From: Eledone cirrhosa
Taxonomy: Eukaryota
Direction: 5' to 3'
Assembly: GCA_964016885.1 (NCBI GenBank)
Contig: OZ024755.1
Coordinates: 34,348,001 to 34,412,000 of the forward strand
Length of the DNA: 64,000 nucleotides
Shown here: positions 52,481 through 64,000 of the stretch, one piece after another
Layout of the letters: each line of letters starts with the position of its first letter
Position numbering within the stretch: the stretch's first letter is position 1
The notes under the pieces: model-generated
What the model was told of the DNA's origin: nothing
Databases searched by the model: none
Seen by the model: only the letters and a program-made list of their open reading frames with translations
Position numbers and translations under genes: made by a program

Positions 52481-52916
52481 TAATTAAATAAACGTATATA
52501 AATATGTATATAACAAGCGCACACACATACCTACATGTAAATACACAAATGTTCGGAGACGTAAGTCAACCAAAACATGAAGTATACATATACACACACC
52601 CTACATACGTACGAACCAACATACTCACGCATGCAAAACTCCCGTATACACATAACCAAACCATATGTACCAGAATATATAAAAAATTATACGCCATAAC
52701 ATATACAATCAAATATACGTACGAGAAAGTATACGTACCTTCACAAAACATACAGGTAATATATGCCCAGTTCCTGGTTGGGTTGTTATTTCTCTGAGGA
52801 ACTGGAATCATATCCTCAGAGAAATAACAACCCAACCAGGAGCTGGACATATCAGAGTATTGATGGAGTTAAACACTTCAACAACATGTGTACCTGTCTC
52901 TACCACACCAATTCGG

Positions 52917-52971
52917 ACTGCCTGAAGATGTCACAGCCAATGATGGCTGTCATCGAAATATATATAGCAGT
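52917..52971 (+). ncRNA. Type I hammerhead ribozyme
   Basis: actgc-CTGAAGA-..acagcca atga tggctgt..-GAAA-tatata-TA-gcagt; aataaa follows; foldback at 52760-52851 upstream. Confidence 0.8.
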
Positions 52972-53367
52972 ATACCTTTAATAAATGAAGCCAAATTTTA
53001 AATATTTGATTTAATTATTTTATTTTACATTACTCCGGAGTAACCAAACCAACCTGTGCACTTCATTGAGTGCTCCAATCTGCATACTGAGGTGTCGGTA
53101 AACAACCAACATATACTCAAAATTTATATATATATATATATATATATACTCACGCCGAATATTGATGCAATTCAATTTAAGCACTCTACGTACTTTTTCC
53201 ACATAGGAATGGTGGAGTATATTTAGAATAAGAAAATGCGAAGTAGTTTCAGATGTTAAAGTTGTTTATTGACAAATGAATGGGTGAAGGATTCAAAAAT
53301 ATAATCTTTGTTCCCTTGTCTTTTTTATTTGGATTGCCTCGAGACCGTAACCTTATTATGTAATGAA

Positions 53368-53442
53368 GCTGTCTGATGAGTTCATGGCACTGGTTAGGCG
53401 GAATCGCGTGGCCACTGTCGTCATTGAAATATGTATCACAGC
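53368..53442 (+). ncRNA. Type I hammerhead ribozyme with long stem II
   Basis: gctgt-CTGATGA-46-nt hairpin-GAAA-tatgta-TC-acagc; aataaa; downstream 45 bp is inverted at 53226-53272. Confidence 0.8.
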
Positions 53443-54112
53443 CTTATTAATAAAGGACTTTAACATCTGAAACTAATTTGCATTTTATTATTCAATTCCC
53501 TAATGCATATACCAGCAGGCTACCAGCATTGTTGTTATACAGTAGCAGTGAAAATCTCTCTCTTCCTTACTTGACACTTTATATCTGTATTAATACTACT
53601 ACACCAAACGACCAGCCCTGTCCATTGTTTAACTGGTCAAATATAGATTAAAATAGGCACTCCCAAAAATTCTTATTTAGATAAAATAAGCCATATACTC
53701 ATTGTATTCTCATTAAAAACCTTCTATATACTTGTTTACCAGCAAATTGAATTGCCATCTGTCATATACTATCCCTTCTCTCCTTCCTTTCTTACAATTA
53801 ATATAAATACTTTGATTTTTCTGATCTTTTCCAATTTATCCAATATTTCCGAAGAAGTGACAACTGATTATACATTTGCTATTGAATACTTGCTAACATT
53901 ATATGATTACACAAGCAGCGATACATAGGTATTCCGTCTGTTACAGAAACATATGTCAATACCTAATAAATTCCTTTATAAAAGCATTCATTTTATATTC
54001 ATCTTTTCTACATTTTCTCCGGAATATAACTTATACTCGTTGAGCAAACCTACACGTACGCTGTCCATCTCTAACGTGACGATATATTATCACTACATTA
54101 TTGATAACTTGA

Positions 54113-54155
<43 letters not shown>

Positions 54156-54685
54156 CAAAATATATATCAAGGGCAATGCCCCAGCATGGCCTCAGCTGGA
54201 TGGCTGGAATGGGTAAAAGTGTAATATATATATATATATGTAGTTATATACATGCTTTTATGTATCTATATTTATTATATATGTGTGTGTTGTGTGTTGT
54301 GTATGTATTGCATGTAAGTATATAGCCTAATGAATATAAAGTATTTCTGAATTATAGATATGGTCAGAAAAGGAAATGCATTATGTTTATTGTATAAAGA
54401 AATCACCTGTGGCTATATGTTCACTAGATCAAGGCTGACCTATGCCAGTATGTGAAAAAGAAGGGATGGAACTTTTGTGATCATATGTATAATAAAAAAA
54501 ACTGACCTACAACTAAGCAACAAAAGATAAGGTGAAACATCAAGTCAAAGAGTCTTTTGATGTAATCATATGGATATTTGCCACAAGATATTTTACCTAA
54601 TGACACCAACAGAACCTGGCAGAATCCTTATAATGGTATTAGCAGCTATCAGTCAATAAGTCTGTATACTATGAGTATTAATTGA

Positions 54686-55396
54686 TTAACCCTTCACCAT
54701 TTACATTACTCTATATATACTATTATATTTTCATGGTAAAGGCTTTACCTCACATAATATCTCACATAACATTTCCATTATTCTATATATACTATTGTAT
54801 TTTCATGGTAAAGGCTTTACCTCACATAATATCTCACATAACATTTCCATTACTCTATCTATACTATTATATTTTCATGGTAAAGGCTTTACCTCAGATA
54901 ATTACCTCACATAACATTTACATTACTCTATATATACTATTGTATTTTCATGGTAAAGGCTTTACCTCACATAATTACCTCAAATAACATTTCCATTACT
55001 CTATATATATATTGTATTTTCATGGTAAAGGCTTTATCTCAATATCAAAATTTACAAGAATTTGATATTATTAATTTTGAGAACAATACCTTAACATCAG
55101 TATAAGTGGCCGGTTACAGCCGGATTGAACAGAAAGAGGTGAGAGAATTATGGCTGGATACGGCCAGTTTAACCCTTTAGCATTTACATTACTCTATACA
55201 TAATATTGTATGTTTGAGGTAAAGGCTTTACCTCAATAATTATCTTACATAATATCAAATCTACGAGATTTTGATATTATATATTTTGAGAATAATACCT
55301 TAACATCAATATGAATGGCAAGTTACAGCTGGTTAGAACAGAAACAGGTGAGAGAATTCTGGCCAGATACGGCCGGTTTAAATGCTAAAGGTTTAA
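54686..55396 (+). mobile_element. piggyBac MITE P1 cluster with tandem amplification of the left ~70 bp
   Basis: About 5 tandem left segments, then a full copy at 55169-55396 with TTAA ends. Confidence 0.8.
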
Positions 55397-56298
55397 CAAT
55401 GTAATAGCTGCCCTACTGACATATCTGGCAAGATGCTTCAGATAGCTGCCAATTCTCCCTGAAAATGTACCATACTATCTTAAAACCTATGTCTAAACTA
55501 AAGAAGGATCAGTCACTGCTGGAATATTTTTTATTCCAGGCCTGTTGGATCAGGGTTGATCTGGTATTAAACTGCAACAGCAGCAAGTGAGGGTATTTAT
55601 CAAAATATGTTGTATATGCCACCAAAATGTTGTGAGTTCAATTCTCAGACCGAGTGACATGTTTCCTTGAGCAAGACACTTTATTTCACATTGCTCCAGT
55701 TTACTCAGCTGTAGAAATGAGGTGATAGGGACTGGGGTCCATATCATTCCACTGCAAAATGGTCGTAGAGGTGCCACGGCAAAAAAGCACCCAGCACTCA
55801 CTGTAAATGAGGTTGGTATTAGGAAGGGCATCCAGCTGTAGAAATCAAGCCAGAATCAGTTCCCGTCCCACCCTTGCAAGCAGGGAAAAGCAGACGTAAA
55901 ATGATGATGATGATGATGATGTGTTCACTCTTTCGAGAAAGAATATCTCTTAGATCTTTGACACAAACAAGAGAGCTACTATTTAGTCAAACCTAATGCT
56001 AGATATATGAGCCAAATCACCCCCAGAGTTTCGTTTTACTGACTACAAAGAGGTACTCTGAATACTCTACATACACTATTGTATTTTCATGGTAAAGGCT
56101 TTATCTTATAGAATTATCTCACATAATATCGAATCTATGAGATTTTGATATTATTTATTTTGAGAACAATATCTTAATGCCAGTATGAGCAGCTAGTTAC
56201 AGCTGGTTTGAACAGAAAGAGGTAAGAGAATTCTGGCCGGATATGGTCGGTTTAAATGCTAAAGAGTTATCTTAGATACCATTATCTAAAAAAACACA

Positions 56299-56482
56299 GT
56301 GGATTGGCAGTATCGGTAGAGAGTCGGATGCCATGCTTTCCGGCATAGAGTTACGTCCCTTTACGATCTGAGTTCAAATCCCGCCGAGGTTGACTTTGCC
56401 TTTCATCCTTACGGGGTCGATAAAATAAAGTACCAGTAATGCACTGGGTTATTGCTGGCCTTGTGCCAAAAGTAGAAACAAT
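56299..56482 (+). mobile_element. Family M SINE with long TSD
   Basis: attatctaaaaaaacacag on both sides. Confidence 0.85.
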
Positions 56483-56751
56483 TATCTAAAAAAAACACAG
56501 GATGAATTATCTCTGATTATATGCTTACTTGATCAAAGCTGAGCTACATCTAATCAACAAGACATGATACTTCTGCGATCACATGTCTGTTCAATCAATT
56601 CTGTCTTGTTAAATAACAACCTTAGACTCAGTCTTACACCTATTTAGTGACCAATTTCATTTTATGATTTCCAATTTATTGCTACTTTCTATTTTACAAT
56701 ATATATTGATTGAATTATTCACTTACTGAAACTATCATCATCATTGTGTAC

Positions 56752-57001
56752 AATATATAATGAGGAAAGTAATACAAGGCTAAACAATGCAAAATGGAAG
56801 GTAAGATGAAGGTAACAAAAAATTTAGTTACATGGTAATCTTTGTTTTTTTTTTTTGTTATTGTTGCTGTTAAGAAACAACAGCAACAAAAAAACAACCC
56901 CAAAAAACTAAAGATTACCATGTAACTAACTTTTTTGTTACCTTCATCTTACCTTCCATTTTGTATTGTTTAACCTTGTATTACTTTCCTCATTATATAT
57001 T
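56752..57001. repeat. ~250-bp imperfect foldback palindrome
   Basis: atataatgaggaaagtaatacaagg...gttacatggtaatcttt versus aaagattaccatgtaac...ccttgtattactttcctcattatat. Confidence 0.9.
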
Positions 57002-57006
57002 ATAGT

Positions 57007-57662
57007 GGTGGATTGGCAGTATCGGTAGAGAGTTGGACACCATGCTTTGCAGCATAGAGTTACAGTCCTTTATCGTCTGAGTTCAAATCCCACCGAGGTA
57101 AACTTTGCCTTTCATCCTTACGGGGTCGATAAAATAAAGTACCAGTAATGCACTGGATAATTGCTGGCCTTGTGCAAAAAGTAGAAACAATTATATATTA
57201 TATACAATGTTTCAAAAAAACTATAACATTTTATTCTCGTTATTAATAGGTGGGTTGGCAGTGTCAGTAGAGGGTCAGACACCATGCTTTGCAGCATAGA
57301 GTTATGGCCCTTTATGTTCTGAGTTCAAATCACGCCGAGGTTAACTTTGCCTCTCATTCTTTTGGGGGTCAATAAAATAAAGTACCAGTAATACACTGGG
57401 ATAATTGCTGGCCTTGTGCCAAAAGTAGAAACAATTATTATTATTATTGATTTCAAGGGCAGCAGATTAGCGGAATCGGTAGAGCATCAGACAACATGCT
57501 TAGCATCATAGAATTATGGCCTTTTATGTTCTGTGGTTAACTTTGCCTTTCATCCTTACAGGGTCGATAAAATAAAGTACCAGTAATGTACTGGGGTCGA
57601 TTTAATCGACTTTCCCCTCCCCACAAAATTGCTGGCCTTGTGCCTATAGTAGAAATCATCAT
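57007..57662 (+). mobile_element. Three tandem family M SINEs
   Basis: Heads at about 57007, 57248 and 57458. Confidence 0.85.
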
Positions 57663-58564
57663 AAAGTTCTTGAAAAGGTCCACACTGCAGCTCTTTCTCT
57701 TGTCACCAAATCATTTCTTTTTGGTAATACACAGTAACTAGATACCACAATACTTCATCTAGACTGCAAATAACCATAAGCATACATAATGGATGTATTA
57801 TACAGAGTGTCAGACATTGTAAACTGCCAGATGTCTCCAGCAAACGTGTGACTACCTTGAGAATAATCTCAAGGGAATAAAGATAGAACTTAAAAAAAAA
57901 AAAACGAAATGAAAATTTGAAGTGAAGCTTCTGAGATGCTCCTAGAGGCATAGAGTTTGTGCCACCTGGGGAGGCTTTTGAATTTTTTACTCCCTCTTCA
58001 CACATGAAAAACAGAACACAATACACATAAAAAATAACTAAAAGTGCTGCTCTCCTCAAAGCTACATTAAATGGATGCTTAAATGTCATATTTCTGCCAG
58101 ATTTCTAACCAAAACTAAGTCCAGTCATGATAAACAGTTAGACACAGCTGGCAAGCTGGAATGAGATTCATTACCATCTTTTCTAGTAATGTCTCACTAG
58201 GCTTCTGTTTTGTGTAACCACAAAAGATAACATTCCAATAGAAATGACCCCAAAACTATTTCCATTGTCTTCAGAAACAGTCAGATTACAATAAGACAGC
58301 ATTGTATTCAGTGACAGAATGCAATAAAACAACATAAAATAAAATAAAAATAAGATAGTAATAAAATTCAATGAAAGTATTCCATTACAATTATAATTTC
58401 CAGTGTCGTTTTGCTTTATATTTTCAAGTATCTTCCACTATTTTTAACATATCTATTGACATTTACTTTGCAATAAATTAAATGGTATCTTGTGTTGATA
58501 TATTTGAGGCAATTTTGATTAGTTAAAGAACTACCCTTTTTAACAAGCAAACATTAAAATTGTT

Positions 58565-59165
58565 AGGTAGAGCCGCTACTTCTCCGAATTGAGAGATCAC
58601 AGCTCTGATACTATGGTCATGTGGTTAGAATGTCTCAGGAAAGAATCACTGGAGAGTCACTCCAGGTAGAGCCGCTACTTCTCTGAATTGAGAGATCACA
58701 GCTCTGATACTATCGTCATGTGGTTAGAGTGTCTCAGGAAAGAATCACTGGAGAGTCACTCCAGGTAGAGCCGCTACTTCTCTGAATTGAGAAATCACAG
58801 CTCTGATACTATGGACATGTGGTTAGAATGTCTCAGGAAAGAATCACTGGAGAGTCACTCTAGGTGGAGCTGCTACTTCTCTGAATTGAGAGATCACAGC
58901 TCTGATACTATGGACATGTGGTTAGAGTGTCTCAGGAAAGAATCGCTGGATAGATTTTATGGGCAAAACAAACTAGCAAGAGATCCAGGAGTAGACCCTG
59001 AGCAAGATGGTTGGATAACATCCATGAGCTTAGCTGGTTTTGCTTGGGGATCCAGCCAGATCAGTTGGAGATGGTTGCTTCTGACAGGACCTGCTGGAAG
59101 GAGTGTTTGAGGACTCTGCCCCCGTGACCCTCTCAGGAATAAGTGGACGAAGAAAAGAAAAAGAA
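58565..59165 (+). mobile_element. Expander/Rex3-like RTE 3' end with a 99-bp internal tandem repeat, about 4 copies
   Basis: VEPLLLRIERSQL*YYGHVVRMSQER repeated at 58565, 58664, 58763 and 58862; then ARWLDNIHEL...DRTCW...LPP. Confidence 0.85.
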
Positions 59166-59316
59166 GGTAAGATGTGGTTTGATGATGGCTCAAGCAACTT
59201 TATCTGAGCACATTGAAATAACTATGTGTAATCTACAGGAGAGGGTTTCTACAAAGTTGCCTGCCCTGAAAAAATAGAAGCTATGTCTTCTAACTATATT
59301 TTTAATATAACACCGC

Positions 59317-60319
59317 TTTAACCTTTTAGCATTTAAATCGGTTGTATCCAGCCAGAACTTTCTCACCCCTTTCTGTTCAAACTGGATATAACCAGTTGCT
59401 CTTACTGTTGTTAAGGTATTGTTCTCAAAATATATAATATCAAAATCTCATACATTCAATGTTATGTGAGATACTATGAGAGATAAAGCCTTTACTGTGA
59501 AAATACAGTAGTAAATATAGAGTAATGTAAATGGTAAAGGGTTAACTAATTAATATAATCTCAGATACATCAACATAAGAAGATACAAGGAGGTGCTTGA
59601 AAAAGTAGCCCGGGTTCCATAGTATAGTGGAAATAGAGAAATAAATTTACGCACAAATAAAAAAGCAGCCAGCCTTTAACCCTTTAGCATTTACATTACT
59701 CTATATTTACTATTGTATCTTCGTGGTAAAGGCTTTATCTTACATAATTATCTCACATAACATTGAATCTATGAGATTTGGGTAAAGTATCCTTGGAGAT
59801 GGAAAAATATTAACAGAAGTGCTGACCACTATTTTCTGTCTCCAAGGGTATATTATACGATTTTCTCAACTATTATTTGTAATCTTTGTCTATTATTAAC
59901 CCTTCAGCATTTACATTACTCTATATTTACTATTGTATTTTCATGGTAAAGGCTTTACCTCACATAATTATCTCACATAACATTGAATCTAAGAGATTTT
60001 GATATTAAATATTTTGAGAAAAATACTTTAACATCAGTATGAGTGGATGGTTACAGCCGGTTTGAACAGAAAGAGGTAAGAGAATTCTGGCTGGATACGG
60101 CCGGTTTACATTACTTTATATATGCTATTGTATTTTTGTGGTAAAAGTTTTACCTTACAGAAATAACTCACATAATATCAAATCTACAAGATTTTGATGT
60201 TATTTACTTTGAGAACAATGCCTTAACATCAGTATGAGTGGCAGGTTACAGCTGGTTAGAACAGAAAGAGGTGAGAGAATTCTGGCCGGATACGGCCGGT
60301 TCAAATGCTAAAGGGTTAA
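59317..60319. mobile_element. piggyBac MITE P1 cluster (59317-59545 minus; 59676-59780 partial; 59896-60319 dimer)
   Basis: TTAAccctt.agcattta ends. Confidence 0.8.
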
Positions 60320-60757
60320 ATAATTTTTTTAATGCAAGATATTTGAAAATTTAAACTAAGCGCTTGTGAAAACCTCTATGTGGTTGCTCGACGTGCAAGA
60401 AACTGTAGCTAAATCTTCCTCGAATATTACCTTTCAGTCATGAAATTATTACATGAATTTAATATACCAGAAACAAAGACAAGATGGTCACAGCTTGAAT
60501 GACAGTTAAACAATATATCTTAGACACAAAAATATTCTTCCTAACATGTGGAAAGGCCACCAGAGAATGTCAGAAGTCACAATTCTACATGAAATTGGTT
60601 CTACAACATATATAAATGTATATTTCTCCCAAAGTCTCTAATGTACACTTCGACACAAATTCATTTACAAACGTTTTGGAAATATATATATGACTGTACA
60701 GAAAGAATAACAATAATGAAAATAACTCTAAATGTAAAAACAGCAACATTATTATCT

Positions 60758-60943
60758 TGGATTGGCAGTATCGGTAGCGGGTTGGACGCCATGCTTTGAT
60801 GCATAGAGTTACGGCCCTTGCCATTCTGAGTTCAAATCCCGCCGAGGTTAACTTTGCCTTTCATCCTTACGGGGTTGATAAAATAAAGTACCAGTAATAC
60901 ACTGGGTAATTGCTGGCCTTGTGCCAAACGTAGAAACAATTAT
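60758..60943 (+). mobile_element. Family M SINE with TSD attattatctt
   Basis: Complete copy. Confidence 0.85.
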
Positions 60944-61329
60944 TATCTTCATTGTCAACATCATAGGTTTACACACAAAACAAACATGAAACATCATCAT
61001 CATCACCATTTAACATCCATTTTTCCACGCTAGCATGGGTTAGACAGGTTGCCCCATTTGAGGCAAGTTGGGTTAAGGTGACTGCGTCTTACTCGTATAG
61101 AACTGCTTCTAGCTAGGTTTCTATGGTTGGATGCCCTTCCTAATGCCAACCACATTTACAATGGGTGCTGGGTACATTTTGTCATGATTCCTACATGACC
61201 ACTTCACAGTATGGGCTGGGTACTTTTTGCATGTCTCCTACATGACCACTTTACAGTGGGTGCTGGGTACTTTTTGTTGTGACACCTACACGACCACTTT
61301 ACAGTGTGTGTGTGTAAGAGTGTGTGTAA

Positions 61330-61388
<59 letters not shown>

Positions 61389-61394
<6 letters not shown>

Positions 61395-61614
61395 TAACAG
61401 ATTAAAGTTTAAGCAAAGAATCGCTGCTTTCACCCTTAACAGGATCTTCTGAAACTAAAAAGATCAATCTGTGAATGCAGAAGTAAATATTTCTTTGCTT
61501 AAACTTTAATCTGTTATTTTAATAAATATTTGCTCAAGGGTTCTTTTATATTTGATATATATTTATCCTTATCGAGCCCTCTTTGGATTTTAGTCTTCAC
61601 ATTTATTATTTTTA

Positions 61615-61615
<1 letters not shown>
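61389..61615. mobile_element. Family A terminal fragment: antisense hammerhead (61397-61472) plus inverted partial end
   Basis: Minus-strand agtttCAGAAGAtcct...GAAAgcagcg; plus-strand ctttgcttaaactttaatctgtt from 61493. Confidence 0.75.
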
Positions 61616-61654
<39 letters not shown>

Positions 61655-61657
<3 letters not shown>

Positions 61658-62080
61658 TACCCCAACTGCAATACTTTAACACTATCACAAACGCTATCAT
61701 TTGTGGTGAATTCAATATACTCAACTAGTTTCAAAATATCATGGATAACAAAAGTGATATCATAATTACATCACAACCAAACTTCCTTTGTATCCCAAAC
61801 ATCCGACACCAACATACAAACATATCTCACCAAACCAACAACAACTTATCCTGTTTTATTCCACACACCAAGACACAACACCCACTTGGTAAACAATCCA
61901 CAAGTTTTCACAAAATACCTACCAATTATCATCACAGCATTCTAAAAACATCAATGAAGATAGCAAAACACTTTTACAAACTTCAAAAACTCTCAAAGGA
62001 ACATGTTTCACTATGAAATGTAATCGATATTTGGGGAATTCAATAACCCTACAATCACCAACACAAATACTACAGTACAT
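61655..62080 (+). pseudogene. Degenerate LINE APE endonuclease fragment
   Basis: NAIICGEFN (GDFN-like), YLPIIIT (SDHLP-like) and YTNFK in shifting frames. Confidence 0.5.
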
Positions 62081-62369
62081 ATTTTTAACAAACAAAGATG
62101 AAGATGACAGTGGTGATGGAGGTTTGGTTTCATATCTATAATTGGGTATCTCGTGGCAATTATGTTCATAGTCTCAGTATATTGTTCTATTTATCTCTTT
62201 CATCAGTTCATATTCTACCCCTACTTATCCATCACCTTTTCTTTATTGCTAAAATTCACTCCCTCTCCTATACCTTCCTCATCTATCGCTATTATTCTCT
62301 TCACACCCATTTCTCCCGCAGCCTCTCTCCATTTCTGCATTCTCTCTTCAGATTTCTGCAGTCAAGGCC

Positions 62370-62810
62370 CATGAGTTACAGCCATGTAACATCATAGTAC
62401 CTACACAATCATCATACAATCTACCCTTAACTCTGAAAGTGAAGCTCTTTGTTGTCAACCAACACGACAGTCTGTTCTTACTCTAGCTACTACACCTGAG
62501 CATCCATTCCCACTCCTGATTAGGCCATTTAGCTAAGAAAAACTGTCAAAAACGTCTAAAGGGTTGTCTGGCCAATTGAGGCAATCTATTTCATGAATGT
62601 CCTTAGAGTTTATTTCCTCTGTACATCTGCTGCATACAAAGTTGACCGTTTCAGATACCCTGCTTGTAATGTCCATATGTGAGCACCTAATGGAATATCT
62701 ACCTACCTCTCATTCTGACACATTGAACAAAGTCATTTCCTTGACTATTTCACAGACATCTTCTTTCCTTCTTATTAAGACCCTAATCTTTGCTTAGGTT
62801 ACTTTTAGGC
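62370..62810 (-). pseudogene. Degenerate RTE fragment, same type as 16965
   Basis: Reverse strand gives VNFVCSRCTEEINSKD and GCSGVVARVRT. Confidence 0.65.
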
Positions 62811-63400
62811 TTTTTTTTTTATTCTAGATTTTTTCCTTATCTGGAATTTGGTCATTAACTCTTCTACTGATTCAGCTATCATGATTAGGTCATCAACATA
62901 AAGGAGTTCTTAGTGACACGACCACTTACAGTGTGGATTGGGCACTTTTGTCTTGACAACTGGTGGTGGGGTGGGGCACTGCATGGTATGGGATGAGAAC
63001 TAGGGACAGGGGGGAAATTGGGGGGAGGAATGGTTAACACAAAGGGAGGTGAATGAGAGAGGAGAAAGTAGAGGGAGGTGTTGCCTATTATATATATGCT
63101 GAGGTGTTGAAACCATGGATGCCTGAAAGAGCTAGCTGATGACCAGGTCCTTTTATATTTTGTTTCAGTCTTGTCTTTCTTCTGCTCCCTTTCACTTCTT
63201 TCATTGTTATTGTCATTTGTTGTCAATGTAACATCTTTATGTCCTCTTTCTTTCCATCATGTCTGTGTTATTATTTTATTTCATCTCTTCCTTGTTACCA
63301 CCCTTTTACCATCCAAGTACTCAGCACACATACACATATATACATATATACATATATATATATATATAAGAACAAAAGATGGTTAAAAGAGTTCCATGTA

Positions 63401-63467
63401 TTTTATTATGCGCATTTCAAAAACAAATATCATCATGCAATAATATTTGTGTTTTCATCAGATAAAA
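63401..63467 (-). ncRNA. Type I hammerhead ribozyme
   Basis: Minus strand: ttttat-CTGATGA-long AU stem II-GAAA-tgcgca-TA-ataaaa; ~155-bp insert flanked by (TA)n. Confidence 0.8.
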
Positions 63468-63526
63468 CATGAAGACATGATATGAAGGTTAAAAAACACT
63501 TGTGGATAGTTCAGTTCACCTCCTAC

Positions 63527-63580
<54 letters not shown>

Positions 63581-63602
63581 TACATATATATATATATATA
63601 TA

Positions 63603-64000
63603 TGATGGCTGCCCCCTCGCTATCGAGTATGGCCATTGCATGATATACCATGATATACCATTATTAATAATTATTAATTAATTCTATCGTGCAATGCCAG
63701 TGCATGAAGATATTTTTTAAAGTGAGGAAAGACTGTGCACTGAGCCAATCCCACTCTCTGAGTGACAGTAACTATAACCCGAAAAGAAGAAAAGATCAAC
63801 ATCATCGGTAACTACTGAGCTGCAGGTTTTATATCAGAGTTATCCCAGTTTCCTGAGTTGCCTTCTCCTAGAAGAATGCCCTGACAAAGGCTAGGGGTCC
63901 TTCACTCCCAGTGGTTTAACCACGCGGTACATGTGTATATACATATTTACACACTTTTGGATGGCAGTTGACTCTTATAAGTTCTTCCGCCCTTTGTCAG
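63603..64000 (-). mobile_element. Divergent bipartite RTE derivative
   Basis: Reverse strand has ctaggagaagg, gatgttgatcttttcttct and ggccatactcgatagcgag..gcagccat, as in the 44158 family. Confidence 0.65.

Overview
AT-rich eukaryotic, non-coding (intronic or intergenic) DNA. The SINE and LINE families present suggest a coleoid cephalopod such as an octopus; this is inference from memory, not a database hit. I found no convincing host exon: almost all listed ORFs are microsatellite artefacts or decayed transposon fragments. The window is a mosaic of tRNA-derived SINEs (CORE-type and Meta-like), 5'-truncated RTE LINEs, CRE and Tx1 LINE fragments, piggyBac/hAT/pogo MITEs, minisatellites and long (TA)n/(CA)n tracts. 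The strongest hidden signal is about 15 type-I hammerhead ribozyme motifs from about 10 sequence families that look unrelated, plus several degenerate ones. They lie mostly in short inverted or foldback inserts within or beside (TA)n tracts, the architecture of Penelope-like retroelement pseudo-LTRs or retrozyme-like elements. They include variant catalytic cores: a three-copy family with CAGAAGA and one copy with a compensated UUGAAAA. A second notable signal is a Tx1-type LINE inserted three times in tandem into a (GATA)n tract. All RNA folds and coordinates were derived by eye and need computational confirmation.
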